Source: a virus. From it: DNA of 64,000 nt. The stretch's first letter is position 1, and the number at the start of each line of letters is the position of its first letter. Positions 54,907 through 63,908 of the stretch are shown here, piece by piece. Position numbers and translations under genes: made by a program. The stretch lies in the IMG/VR virus record IMGVR_UViG_3300044646_003076; one strand, given 5' to 3'. The notes under the pieces were generated by a model. That model searched no databases and was not told the origin of the DNA. It saw only the letters and a list, made by a program, of their open reading frames with translations.

Positions 54907-55956
54907 ATGGATCTTTTAAAGAGTATTATTAAAGAAATCGGAGCTGAATACGCCAGTGTGGCTTCCGATATTGTTGAAAATGAGACCTTCATTGACACTG
55001 GGTCTTATATTCTAAATGCATTAACCTCAGGTAGTATCTTTGGTGGTCTTTCCCAAAACAAGATTACTTGTCTTGCTGCACCAGAAGCAAGCGGAAAAAC
55101 CTATATCGCCTTATCGGTTGTTAGAAATTTTCTAGAAAAAAATCCAGAAGGTTTTTGTATCTATTTTGATACAGAATCTGCGATCACTAAAAAAATGTTA
55201 GGTGAACGTAAAATTGATGTCAATAGAGTTATTGTTGTTGATAAGGTTGCAACGGTAGAGCAATTCAGAATGAAGACTCTTAAGGCCGTTGATGCCTATA
55301 TGAAACTAGCAGAGAAAGATAGAAAGCCCTGTCTTTTTGTTCTAGACTCTCTTGGGATGTTATCAACCAATAAGGAAATTAATGACACTCTTGCAGAAAA
55401 AGACACAAGAGATATGACCAAGGCCGCGCTTCTTAAGGGTGCATTTAGAATGTTGACGATCAAATTAGGTGAAGCTAATATTCCATTGATTGTCAATAAT
55501 CACGTTTATGATCAGATGTCATTATATTCCACAAAGGAACTTAGTGGTGGATCAGCTCTTAAATATTCAGCATCAACGATTCTAGAAATTTCTAAATCAA
55601 AAGAAAAAGTAGGAACCGAAGTTGCGGGTGTTATTCTAAGATTCAAAACCAGAAAATCTCGTTTTAGTAAAGAGAATCAAGATGTGGAAGTGCGGCTGTT
55701 TTACGATGAGCGAGGATTAGATCGTTATTATGGTTTGATTGAACTGGCCGAAGAAGGTGGAATTATTCCTAGAGTCGGAAATCGTTATGAGATTCAAGGT
55801 AAGAAGCTAGGTAAAAGACAGATTCTCGCTTCACCGGAAGAGTATTTCACACAAGATTTGTTAGAGAGAATAGACGAATATGCCAAAACGAAGTTCCAAT
55901 ACGGTAAGTCCGCGAAAACCGAAGAAACAGAAGACCCCGAAGATCTTTCTGAATGA
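54907..55956 (+). CDS. uvsX: RecA-like recombinase
   Basis: DTGSYILNAL.SGSIFGGL; Walker A APEASGKT; FDTESAI; VLDSLGMLST; RDMTKA; SGGSALKYSAS. Confidence 0.96.
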   Translation: MDLLKSIIKEIGAEYASVASDIVENETFIDTGSYILNALTSGSIFGGLSQNKITCLAAPEASGKTYIALSVVRNFLEKNPEGFCIYFDTESAITKKMLGERKIDVNRVIVVDKVATVEQFRMKTLKAVDAYMKLAEKDRKPCLFVLDSLGMLSTNKEINDTLAEKDTRDMTKAALLKGAFRMLTIKLGEANIPLIVNNHVYDQMSLYSTKELSGGSALKYSASTILEISKSKEKVGTEVAGVILRFKTRKSRFSKENQDVEVRLFYDERGLDRYYGLIELAEEGGIIPRVGNRYEIQGKKLGKRQILASPEEYFTQDLLERIDEYAKTKFQYGKSAKTEETEDPEDLSE

Positions 55957-56497
55957 TTTTGTTGAGATTTATGATAATGTTCTAGATCCAACTCAATGTC
56001 AAGCTCTCATAAACATTTTTGAATCTCTTCCAGAGAAACAAGAAGTTATTGATGACAACAAAAGACCCTCTTTCACTCAACTGAATCTTACTGAGAATAC
56101 AACGGTAAGTGAAGACATTAAATCTCTTCACGATATTCTTATCTCAAAGACTTTTGAATATCGCAATCTTTATTATGAGTTTGTAGATGAACGAGTCTTT
56201 CCAGATAAACATAACTTTGAGTATTATAGAATCAAAAAGTATAGAAATAATGGAGAAGATCTGTTTGATACTCATGTAGACGTGAGAAATCACGAATCAG
56301 CAAGAAGATTTCTTTCTTTTATGTTCTATCTCAATGATGTAGAAAAAGGTGGAGAAACACTCTTTGAAGGTCTTACTATTACTCCTAAATGTGGAAGATT
56401 AGTTGTCTTTCCTCCACTCTGGTTATTTCCACATAAAGGTTGTTGCCCTGTTAGTAACGATAAGTATATTTTAACAACGTATCTACATTACAAATAA
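55880..56497 (+). CDS. 2OG-Fe(II) oxygenase (prolyl-4-hydroxylase-like); start uncertain
   Basis: FDTHVD (HxD); FMFYLNDVEKGGET; FPPLWLFPH (distal His); KYILTTY. Confidence 0.85.
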   Translation: MPKRSSNTVSPRKPKKQKTPKIFLNDFVEIYDNVLDPTQCQALINIFESLPEKQEVIDDNKRPSFTQLNLTENTTVSEDIKSLHDILISKTFEYRNLYYEFVDERVFPDKHNFEYYRIKKYRNNGEDLFDTHVDVRNHESARRFLSFMFYLNDVEKGGETLFEGLTITPKCGRLVVFPPLWLFPHKGCCPVSNDKYILTTYLHYK

Positions 56498-56499
56498 TT

Positions 56500-56769
56500 A
56501 TGGACCATTTACAATACCCATGTTTAATTTTTGTTCTTTATCCCACAGATGAAAGAACGATCAAAGTTACTGAAGAAGTCAGTAAAGATGCTTCATTATT
56601 GGGAGTAGATCTGGAAGTGGGGAAAGAATTTATTATAGACCAAAAGTGTGACAGATTTGCTGCATCATCTTTTGATGATATTGTGAAATATTATGAACAA
56701 AATAAAGATAAAAAGGTGAGATTTAGTGATAATCTGTTAAATGAATATTTTGGTATTAAAGTGGAATGA
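56500..56769 (+). CDS. Hypothetical protein
   Basis: 89-aa ORF coupled to gp41 by an ATGA overlap. Confidence 0.65.
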   Translation: MDHLQYPCLIFVLYPTDERTIKVTEEVSKDASLLGVDLEVGKEFIIDQKCDRFAASSFDDIVKYYEQNKDKKVRFSDNLLNEYFGIKVE

Positions 56770-58127
56770 ATGATAAAGTAGAACTTTTAGTATTGAAAAA
56801 TTTAATATTTAATGAAGACTATACCCGAAAAGTTCTTCCTTTTCTTAAGCCTGAATACTTTCAGGATTATTCACAAAGAATATTGTTTGATGAGATCATA
56901 ACATTCGTAGGTGAATACAATAAGCTACCGTCTAAGGACGCATTAGAAATTGAGATAGCAAGACGAACTGATCTTAATGAGAGTTCGTTTAAAGAAATAA
57001 ATCAGCTTATCACATCATTTGAACCAGAATTAGTAACCGAAGATTGGTTAATTTCAACAACAGAAAGATGGTGTAAAGATAGAGCTGTTTACCTAGCTCT
57101 TATGGATTCTATCCATATCGCAAATGGTGAAGATGAAAAAAGAACTCGTGATGCAATCCCGGCAATTTTACAAGAAGCCTTATCTGTTTCTTTTGATAGT
57201 AATATCGGACATGATTATTTTGAAAACAGTGATGACCGTTTTGAATATTATCACGATGTAGAGTCAAAAATTTCTTTTGAAATTGAGAGACTTAACATCA
57301 TCACAAAAGGTGGAGTGAAGAGTAAAACTCTCAATATGATTATGGGAACCACTAATGCAGGTAAATCTATTTGTCTTTGTAGTTTTGCATCTTCTTATCT
57401 TAAACAAGGTAAGAACGTACTCTACATAACTCTTGAGATGTCAGAAGAGGAAATCGCAAAACGAATTGATGCTAATCTTCTTGATGTGAATATTGATCAC
57501 ATTGAAAAAGTATCAAAAAAAGTCTTTGATGATAAAATAAAAACTCTTCAAAACAGATTGAATGGTAAATTGATCATCAAAGAATATCCGACAGGTGGCG
57601 CATCGGTTAATAATTTTAGATCTCTTTTGAATGAGCTTAATTTAAAGAAAAAGTTCGTTCCCGATATTATTATTATTGACTATCTGTCTATTTGTGCGTC
57701 TTCTCGTTATCGTAAGGGTATGGCGAACTCTTATGAGTATGTCGGATCTATTGCAGAAGAGGTAAGAGGTTTAGCAAAAGAATACGATGTTCCAATTTGG
57801 TCGGCGATTCAATCAAATAGAGATCAACAAGCCAATAATGATCCAACTCTAGCTGGTATTAGTGAATCTGCCAAAATTGGTCACGTATCCGATTTTCTTG
57901 TTGCTATTATCTCCAATGAGGAATTAGAGCAACTTGGACAGTATATGTTCAAACAAATTAAAAACCGATATAATCAAAAAAGCAAACTAACAAGATTCGT
58001 TGTTGGTATTGATTATACAAAAATGAGATTGTATGATGTTGAACAAGGTGAGCTACCAGAAGATGCTCCGATTGAACAACAACCACAATCATCAACAGCA
58101 AAATTCAAAAAATTCAACTTTGATTAA
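56766..58127 (+). CDS. gp41: Replicative DNA helicase
   Basis: Walker A GTTNAGKS; NVLYITLEMSEE.IAKRIDAN; IIIDYL; WSAIQSNR; ISES; KQIKNRY; RFVVGIDY.KMRLYDVE. Confidence 0.96.
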   Translation: MNDKVELLVLKNLIFNEDYTRKVLPFLKPEYFQDYSQRILFDEIITFVGEYNKLPSKDALEIEIARRTDLNESSFKEINQLITSFEPELVTEDWLISTTERWCKDRAVYLALMDSIHIANGEDEKRTRDAIPAILQEALSVSFDSNIGHDYFENSDDRFEYYHDVESKISFEIERLNIITKGGVKSKTLNMIMGTTNAGKSICLCSFASSYLKQGKNVLYITLEMSEEEIAKRIDANLLDVNIDHIEKVSKKVFDDKIKTLQNRLNGKLIIKEYPTGGASVNNFRSLLNELNLKKKFVPDIIIIDYLSICASSRYRKGMANSYEYVGSIAEEVRGLAKEYDVPIWSAIQSNRDQQANNDPTLAGISESAKIGHVSDFLVAIISNEELEQLGQYMFKQIKNRYNQKSKLTRFVVGIDYTKMRLYDVEQGELPEDAPIEQQPQSSTAKFKKFNFD

Positions 58128-58134
58128 AACCATT

Positions 58135-58440
58135 ATGACAAACGTACAATTTGACAACATTCGTGGATGGGCTGATGCTCGCAATCTTATTGAAGGTAGT
58201 AAGCCAATCAATCAAATCTCAAAACTCGTAGAAGAACTAGGTGAGCTTGCAACAGGTGTAAATAAAGGCAAGAATGATCTTATTGCTGATGGTATTGGTG
58301 ATGCCGTTGTTGTTCTTACTATTCTTGCAAAACAATGTGGTATGAACATTGAAGATTGTATTGATCTTGCATGGAACGAGATTAAAGATCGCAAAGGTAG
58401 AATGGTTGATGGTATTTTTATTAAGGAGGATGATCTATGA
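58135..58440 (+). CDS. mazG: MazG-like nucleotide pyrophosphohydrolase (ATG 58135 preferred over 58033)
   Basis: KLVEELGELA...DGIGDAVVVL (EExxE...D metal-binding motif); canonical position after gp41. Confidence 0.85.
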   Translation: MTNVQFDNIRGWADARNLIEGSKPINQISKLVEELGELATGVNKGKNDLIADGIGDAVVVLTILAKQCGMNIEDCIDLAWNEIKDRKGRMVDGIFIKEDDL

Positions 58441-59399
58441 ATGATAAACAACTAGAATATGTTGTTGAAGTCTTAGAAAGAGAGATTTCCGGTTATTCAA
58501 AAGATTATGTACCGGAGAGAATCAGTCTTCTCAGAGAGTGCGTGAGAGAGTTAAAAGGTGAAGTAACACAATTGACAGATTATCATTTACAAGAACTACA
58601 AAAATGTAAAGATGATATTGTTTATTTTGCGGAAAAATATGTAACGATCAATAACGTTTTTTCGGGAGCGGTGAGATTTAACCCATATCCTCATCAAAAA
58701 GAATTACTTAGGGTTATACAAAATAACAATTATGTTATTGGTAAATTGATGAGGCAATCTGGGAAAACGGTGTGTGGTATAGTTGCAATTTTACATGAAT
58801 TGGTGTTTGGTGAACCCAAAACAATCGGAATATTATCATATAAAAAAGAACAATCTAGACAAATTTTGGATACTATAAAATTATATTATAGCTGTCTTCC
58901 TGATTGGATGACCTTTAAAATTGTAAAAGATAATAAAGAACAATTTCAATTAGAAAAGGGTTCATATGTTGATGTAATAACAGTTCGCTCTTTTTGTGGA
59001 AAAACTTATGATACTATTCTTCTTGACGAGTATGCATTTTTATTTGGGGGTAAAGTATTTCTTTTAGATGATAAACAAAAAAATTCATCAGAAGCTGTTG
59101 ATCTAAAAGGACTTAAAGAATATAATGATTTTTGGAAAGTGTTTCTTCCCCTTATGACTTGCCAAAATGACCAAAGAATTTTAATTTTGAGCACCATTTC
59201 TTCTACTAATAAAAATCATTACTTTAATAAATTGTGGTTAGAAAGTTCTAGGGCGAATAACAATTTTGTTGCTTTTGAATCTAACTGGAAAGATTATCCA
59301 GAATTAGATGAAAAATGGAGTTCTTCAATTGTTAAAAATATCGGCGAAGGAGCTTTTTCTCTTGAATATGAATGTAAAATTGAAGAAGATAGCCCGTAA
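58437..59399 (+). CDS. Terminase-large-subunit ATPase-domain paralogue lacking the nuclease domain
   Basis: KCKDDIVYFAEKYV.I...F.PYPHQ.ELL; MRQSGKT; ILLDEYAF; ILST; NW.DYPELDEKW...F.LEYEC. Aligns by eye with the N-terminal half of gp17 in this window and ends where the nuclease would begin. Confidence 0.88.
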   Translation: MNDKQLEYVVEVLEREISGYSKDYVPERISLLRECVRELKGEVTQLTDYHLQELQKCKDDIVYFAEKYVTINNVFSGAVRFNPYPHQKELLRVIQNNNYVIGKLMRQSGKTVCGIVAILHELVFGEPKTIGILSYKKEQSRQILDTIKLYYSCLPDWMTFKIVKDNKEQFQLEKGSYVDVITVRSFCGKTYDTILLDEYAFLFGGKVFLLDDKQKNSSEAVDLKGLKEYNDFWKVFLPLMTCQNDQRILILSTISSTNKNHYFNKLWLESSRANNNFVAFESNWKDYPELDEKWSSSIVKNIGEGAFSLEYECKIEEDSP

Positions 59400-59410
59400 T
59401 GGGCTTTTTT
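59391..59410 (+). terminator. Intrinsic terminator
   Basis: AGCCC-GTAAT-GGGCT followed by TTTTT. Confidence 0.75.
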
Positions 59411-59416
59411 AATGTC

Positions 59417-59422
59417 TAAATA
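59417..59422 (+). promoter_or_regulatory. Late promoter (CTAAATA)
   Basis: Directly after the terminator at 59391-59410. Confidence 0.75.
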
Positions 59423-59445
59423 ATTCAACTATTAAGTTTATTCAA

Positions 59446-60459
59446 ATGGAATATCGGGGCTATAATGGATTGTATGAATCATATCAACAAATCTATAGCG
59501 AAGGTAAATCTGATAAGCTTCTAACAAAGTCCATTGATCGCTCTGATGCGCGAACAGAAAGAGCTGATGGTGATGAGCCAGCTAGAATGCTTAAACATTT
59601 TACGACCAGAGGAGTCAAGAAGAAAAAGGGCATCAAAGAAGAATTAGATTCTGTTATTGAATATCTTATTGATGAAGGATTCACCGATACTGTTGATGGT
59701 GCCGAAGTTATTATTACATCTATGAGTGATCATTGGTATGAAAGTATTATTGAAGCGACCGATAGTAATAGAGATAAAAACGTTTCACAGCTCAGTTCAG
59801 ATCTTTCTGGATTAAGAGCTAAACAGAGAGATTATCAAAATCGTCTTATTAGAAATCCAAATGATACGACTGCTAAAAATACATTGACTCAGATTATACA
59901 ACAGATCAAAAATGCGAGTGGTGCTAGAAGCTCACTTGCATCCATTCAAGGTGTATCTTCAGCTAATATTTCCACTCCTAAAGCTAAGGCTTCTCCTGAA
60001 GAAAAAATGTCACCGGAAGAGCGATCGGCTTTTAGAAGTACATCACTCAGAAGCACACAAAAGTCTCCAGAAGAGAAAGCTAAATTACAAGCATCAATTA
60101 GAGCTGGTGCAGAGAAAGCCAAAAAGGCTAGATATGGATCAACACCACAAACACCTTCTTCTGGTGAAAGAGCAAGACCATCAGGTGAAACCAGAGCACA
60201 ATCAAGAGCTTCTCAAATGGGTGATGAGTTAGTCGGTGGATTATCACCAACTTATTATAATAGAGAAACTGGTAGACGTGAACCCATTAAGGCTGTCGGT
60301 GCAACTGAGAAGAATTATGGTGGTCGTGGTAGACAGAGAATCACTGGACGTTATCAGCAAGGTGCCACTGGTTCAGGCACCGATAGTCCAACTCCAGCAG
60401 GAAGCACTATTGATCCAACACGTAGAAGACTTAGAGGAACAGGTAGATCTCTCGGATAA
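59446..60459 (+). CDS. Hypothetical basic low-complexity protein, putative internal head protein
   Basis: LDSVIEYLIDEGFTDTVDGAEVIITSMSDHW domain related to 46285-47004; late promoter at 59417. Confidence 0.7.
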   Translation: MEYRGYNGLYESYQQIYSEGKSDKLLTKSIDRSDARTERADGDEPARMLKHFTTRGVKKKKGIKEELDSVIEYLIDEGFTDTVDGAEVIITSMSDHWYESIIEATDSNRDKNVSQLSSDLSGLRAKQRDYQNRLIRNPNDTTAKNTLTQIIQQIKNASGARSSLASIQGVSSANISTPKAKASPEEKMSPEERSAFRSTSLRSTQKSPEEKAKLQASIRAGAEKAKKARYGSTPQTPSSGERARPSGETRAQSRASQMGDELVGGLSPTYYNRETGRREPIKAVGATEKNYGGRGRQRITGRYQQGATGSGTDSPTPAGSTIDPTRRRLRGTGRSLG

Positions 60460-60462
60460 TTT

Positions 60463-61674
60463 ATGATGAAATCGTTTAGACAATTTTTATCTGAAGCTCG
60501 TGGTGGTAAAGCCGCCGAGCAAGCACAAAGAAGTGGATTGGTTTCTAATGGTCATGGTGAATGGCTGAATAGACAGGGGTTGGTTGTTGCAAAGACAGAA
60601 AAAGATAGACTGGTTTTTATTAAACCACAAACACCCAAAAAGAGTGAGCCTGAACCAGAACCGAAAGGTAAACCAATAACAGCGGGACAAAGAACTACAC
60701 CTAAACCAAAAAAACCTCAGCCACTACCGAAACCCAAAAAACAGAAAAAAGAAGAACCCGTTAAAGATATTGATAAACCAAAATCTATAACGGTAGTTTT
60801 TGGTAAGTTTAATCCACCAACAGCGGGACATCTACTTCTTCTTAAAAAAGCAAGAGAAATAGCCGGTGGTTCTGAACTGAGAATTTATCCTTCAAGAATT
60901 CAGAATGATCAAAATCCACTTGATGTGAAGAATAAGATTCGCTATATGCGATTAGCGTATCCCGATTTCGCTGATGATATTATGAACGATCAGGATATGG
61001 AAACTATCTTTGACGTTCTTACTCTTCTTAGTGAAGAAGGTTATAATGAAGTTCAAATTGTGGTTGGCTCACAAAGAGAATCTGAATTTGATCGTCTCGC
61101 AAATCAATATAACGGTAATCTTTATGAGTTTGAAAATATTGAAGTTATTCCCGCTGGATTAAAGGATCCCGATAGTGATTCTTCAGATGTTCAGTCCTCT
61201 GGTGCATTAAGAAAAGCTGCCATCAGTAATGAGTATTTTAAATTCAGAACAGGTCTTCCACCCAAGATGCAAGAAAAGGAGAAAAGAAATCTCTTCTATG
61301 CGGTTCAGCGTTATTATGAGAAAACAACTGTTAAAGAGATGTGGAAAGTGGCACCCGAATTAGACTATAAGAATCTCAGAGAAAATTATTATAAAGGAAA
61401 AATCTTTAACGTCGGAGATTTAGTTGAAAGCAGATCAACTGGAATTGTAGGTGAAATCAAAAGACGTGGACCCAATTATGTAATTTGTGTGAATGAAAAA
61501 TTGGATCTCATGTTCAAGCCTTGGATTGAAGATATTTCAGAATGGACTGATAATCAAGGAACAACATATAAAGAAAAAGAAATGGGAACTTCAGAAAGAT
61601 TGAAATATGTAATGCGTCTTATGGGACTAAAGAAAATAGATAACTTCATAAAGCCAACTAAAAAATCTAAATAA
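60463..61674 (+). CDS. Cyanophage cytidylyltransferase-like (HxGH-type nucleotidyltransferase) protein
   Basis: VVFGKFNPPTAGHLLL; NPLDV..KI..M; IVVGSQR..EF; SSGALRKAA; N-terminal MKSFRQFLSE. Confidence 0.85.
   Translation: MMKSFRQFLSEARGGKAAEQAQRSGLVSNGHGEWLNRQGLVVAKTEKDRLVFIKPQTPKKSEPEPEPKGKPITAGQRTTPKPKKPQPLPKPKKQKKEEPVKDIDKPKSITVVFGKFNPPTAGHLLLLKKAREIAGGSELRIYPSRIQNDQNPLDVKNKIRYMRLAYPDFADDIMNDQDMETIFDVLTLLSEEGYNEVQIVVGSQRESEFDRLANQYNGNLYEFENIEVIPAGLKDPDSDSSDVQSSGALRKAAISNEYFKFRTGLPPKMQEKEKRNLFYAVQRYYEKTTVKEMWKVAPELDYKNLRENYYKGKIFNVGDLVESRSTGIVGEIKRRGPNYVICVNEKLDLMFKPWIEDISEWTDNQGTTYKEKEMGTSERLKYVMRLMGLKKIDNFIKPTKKSK
61668..61673 (+). promoter_or_regulatory. Late promoter (CTAAATA)
   Basis: Overlaps the cytidylyltransferase stop. 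Confidence 0.65.
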
Positions 61675-61695
61675 TCAAAATAGTGTTTATATCAG

Positions 61696-62925
61696 ATGAA
61701 TAAAAAACATTTTATTGAGGCTCTAGATTCCGTAGGAAAAGAAGATTCAGATATTGATAATGATGGTAAGAGTAATACCACATCGGACAAGTATCTTTTA
61801 AAGCGTAGAAAAATTAGAGGTGCTGTTATTAATGCCCGTAAAATGAAAGAAGAATTTATTCCTGAACCTGAATCTTTTTATGATTGGAGATCAACGGTTT
61901 CTGAAGATATTGCTGCCGCCATTGAAGATAATAATACTAAAAAAATTGAAGCCAAAAACGTTGATAACTACGCTAAAAATAAAAGCGGTAAGCGGGTTGT
62001 TACTATTAATCCAACTGTAAATTTTAGAGAAGAAGTTGAATCTATGGGAGGAGAAGTAGTATCAACAGTTGACATCAATGAAATGTCTGAAGTAGCCGCA
62101 GAATATTTTATTAATCTAGGTCTTAATGAAGAAGGTGTTGAAGTTGTTATGGAAGAGTTAGGTGATGAAGAGTTTTGTGAATGGGTTATTGATATTATGG
62201 AAGAAGCAGTTCTTCTAGAAGCTAGAGCAGCTAAAAAGAGAAAAGGTGGTCCATCTTATGAAGAAGTGAAAGCGAGTATTGAAGCAAAAGAAAAAGCCAA
62301 AAAATCCGCGCCCAGAAAAGCTGCAGTAAAAATTGCCAAAGTGGAGCAAGAAAAAAGAACTCGTCCACCTGGACAAGAAAGAATCATCCGTGGTGCCCAA
62401 CAAGTTCTTCAGAAGGCCAACTCCCCCGAAACCAAAAAAGCAGTCGCCAAATCCGTTGCAAACACTCTAGCCAGAGGAGCACTTTCGGCCTGGGAGGGTC
62501 ATAAGGCAGCAATGCAATCTAAGAAGGAAGGCAAAGGTTTAATGCATCAAATCGGTAAAGGTGCCGCCGCTACTGCCACATCATTTCTTAAAAAAGGAAC
62601 CGCTCATCTAAAAGAATATATTGAATATCTTGAAAATGAAGGGTATGATCTCTCTGAGATTACATTACAGGATCTTTATGAACAGTTAGATTCTTTAGAA
62701 GAAAAAGCGGTTTCACAACAACAGCAAAAACTTTTTGGTCTAGCTCTTGCAGTTCAAAGAGGACAGAAGCCGAAAAGTGAAGTCAGTAAAGATGTTAAAG
62801 ATCTTGTGGGATCACTACCCGAAAAAGAAATTCGCAAATTCGCCAAAACAAAACGTAGCTCATTACCGAAAGAAATGAAAGAAGGATTATCTTTTTCGGA
62901 TCTTCGTCGTTTCATCGGAGAATAA
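61696..62925 (+). CDS. Conserved modular hypothetical protein, putative internal head protein
   Basis: EDSDIDNDGKSNTTSDKYLLKRRK; KAVSQQQQKLFGLALA..RG; KFAKTK...LP modules; late promoter at 61668. Confidence 0.72.
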   Translation: MNKKHFIEALDSVGKEDSDIDNDGKSNTTSDKYLLKRRKIRGAVINARKMKEEFIPEPESFYDWRSTVSEDIAAAIEDNNTKKIEAKNVDNYAKNKSGKRVVTINPTVNFREEVESMGGEVVSTVDINEMSEVAAEYFINLGLNEEGVEVVMEELGDEEFCEWVIDIMEEAVLLEARAAKKRKGGPSYEEVKASIEAKEKAKKSAPRKAAVKIAKVEQEKRTRPPGQERIIRGAQQVLQKANSPETKKAVAKSVANTLARGALSAWEGHKAAMQSKKEGKGLMHQIGKGAAATATSFLKKGTAHLKEYIEYLENEGYDLSEITLQDLYEQLDSLEEKAVSQQQQKLFGLALAVQRGQKPKSEVSKDVKDLVGSLPEKEIRKFAKTKRSSLPKEMKEGLSFSDLRRFIGE

Positions 62926-62927
62926 GA

Positions 62928-63110
62928 ATGAAATTCAATCTATTGTTGTTACTAGCCGAAACTATCATTGACCACTTCTGGAATTCACCCAGAGTCAAAG
63001 AGTTTGTTATTCATCTTCTTTCTAAATACGCGAAGAGCACTGATAATGATGTTGATGATTTTCTTGTTAGTTTCATCAGAATTAAGTTAATTCCAAACAA
63101 CACTAAATAA
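62928..63110 (+). CDS. Small conserved hypothetical protein
   Basis: VKEFVIHLLSKYAKSTDNDVDD motif. Confidence 0.72.
   Translation: MKFNLLLLLAETIIDHFWNSPRVKEFVIHLLSKYAKSTDNDVDDFLVSFIRIKLIPNNTK
63104..63109 (+). promoter_or_regulatory. Late promoter (CTAAATA)
   Basis: Overlaps the stop of the upstream gene. Confidence 0.65.
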
Positions 63111-63137
63111 TTACTAGCAAAAATAGCGGCAATAACA

Positions 63138-63902
63138 ATGGCACTTTGGGGTATTTCAACAACCACTGAGACTGCGGGTAATAACTTTAATATCCCAAAG
63201 TTTCTACAAGAAACCGATAGAAACCGTAGTCCACATAATGCATTTGCAGATCAGCGGGGATGGATTTTTCGGCATTATGGAACTGTTATTCATTCTGGAA
63301 TGTCAACTTCTTTTTATGATGAGGTTTTAGTTCCTGTAGCCGGACTTAACACTGCTGGTATTGGATCTAATACAATCGGTCTAGGTACTGCTACTCCTGT
63401 TGCGCTATTTTTTGAAGATCCTAATCGCTCCAGTCCAATCTCAGTTTCTGCTGGTGGAACTACAGGTATCGGTACAGGAAAAACTGGAATCGTACATCTA
63501 GTCTTTAATGAGAATGTATATGTCTCTGCCGGTGCAACTATTCTAGTTAATCGTTATAATGGCTCAGGTGTTTTTCAAGATGCATTGGTTGCCACTGCCA
63601 CATCTATGACTCCTAACGTAGAAGTCTTTAATTTTGTCGACAATGTTGGTTTCGTGACCTTTAAAAACTATAACGGGCAGGTCACCAATAGAGCATCATT
63701 CGCATTTAGTGCTCCTACTACTGGTATTGGTAGCTTTTTAAGTATTGATACCACTAAGGCATTCACTGGTGTTATTACTGATTTTTCTGGTGGCGCTGGT
63801 GTTACTAGCTCTATTACTTCAAATATTTTCCGCAATATTGGTGGTGCAGGATCTACCGCTGGTGTTGGACTTGGAACTACTACTCTTACTATTACTGCCT
63901 GA
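63138..63902 (+). CDS. Conserved hypothetical protein, probably a virion protein
   Basis: MALWG N-terminus; Gly/Thr-rich beta C-terminus; late promoter at 63104. Confidence 0.72.
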   Translation: MALWGISTTTETAGNNFNIPKFLQETDRNRSPHNAFADQRGWIFRHYGTVIHSGMSTSFYDEVLVPVAGLNTAGIGSNTIGLGTATPVALFFEDPNRSSPISVSAGGTTGIGTGKTGIVHLVFNENVYVSAGATILVNRYNGSGVFQDALVATATSMTPNVEVFNFVDNVGFVTFKNYNGQVTNRASFAFSAPTTGIGSFLSIDTTKAFTGVITDFSGGAGVTSSITSNIFRNIGGAGSTAGVGLGTTTLTITA

Positions 63903-63908
63903 TAATTA

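Noticed and set aside
52396-58127. Inteins in gp43, uvsX or gp41
   Set aside because: Lengths are normal and no Cys...HN/HQ insertion interrupts the conserved motifs.
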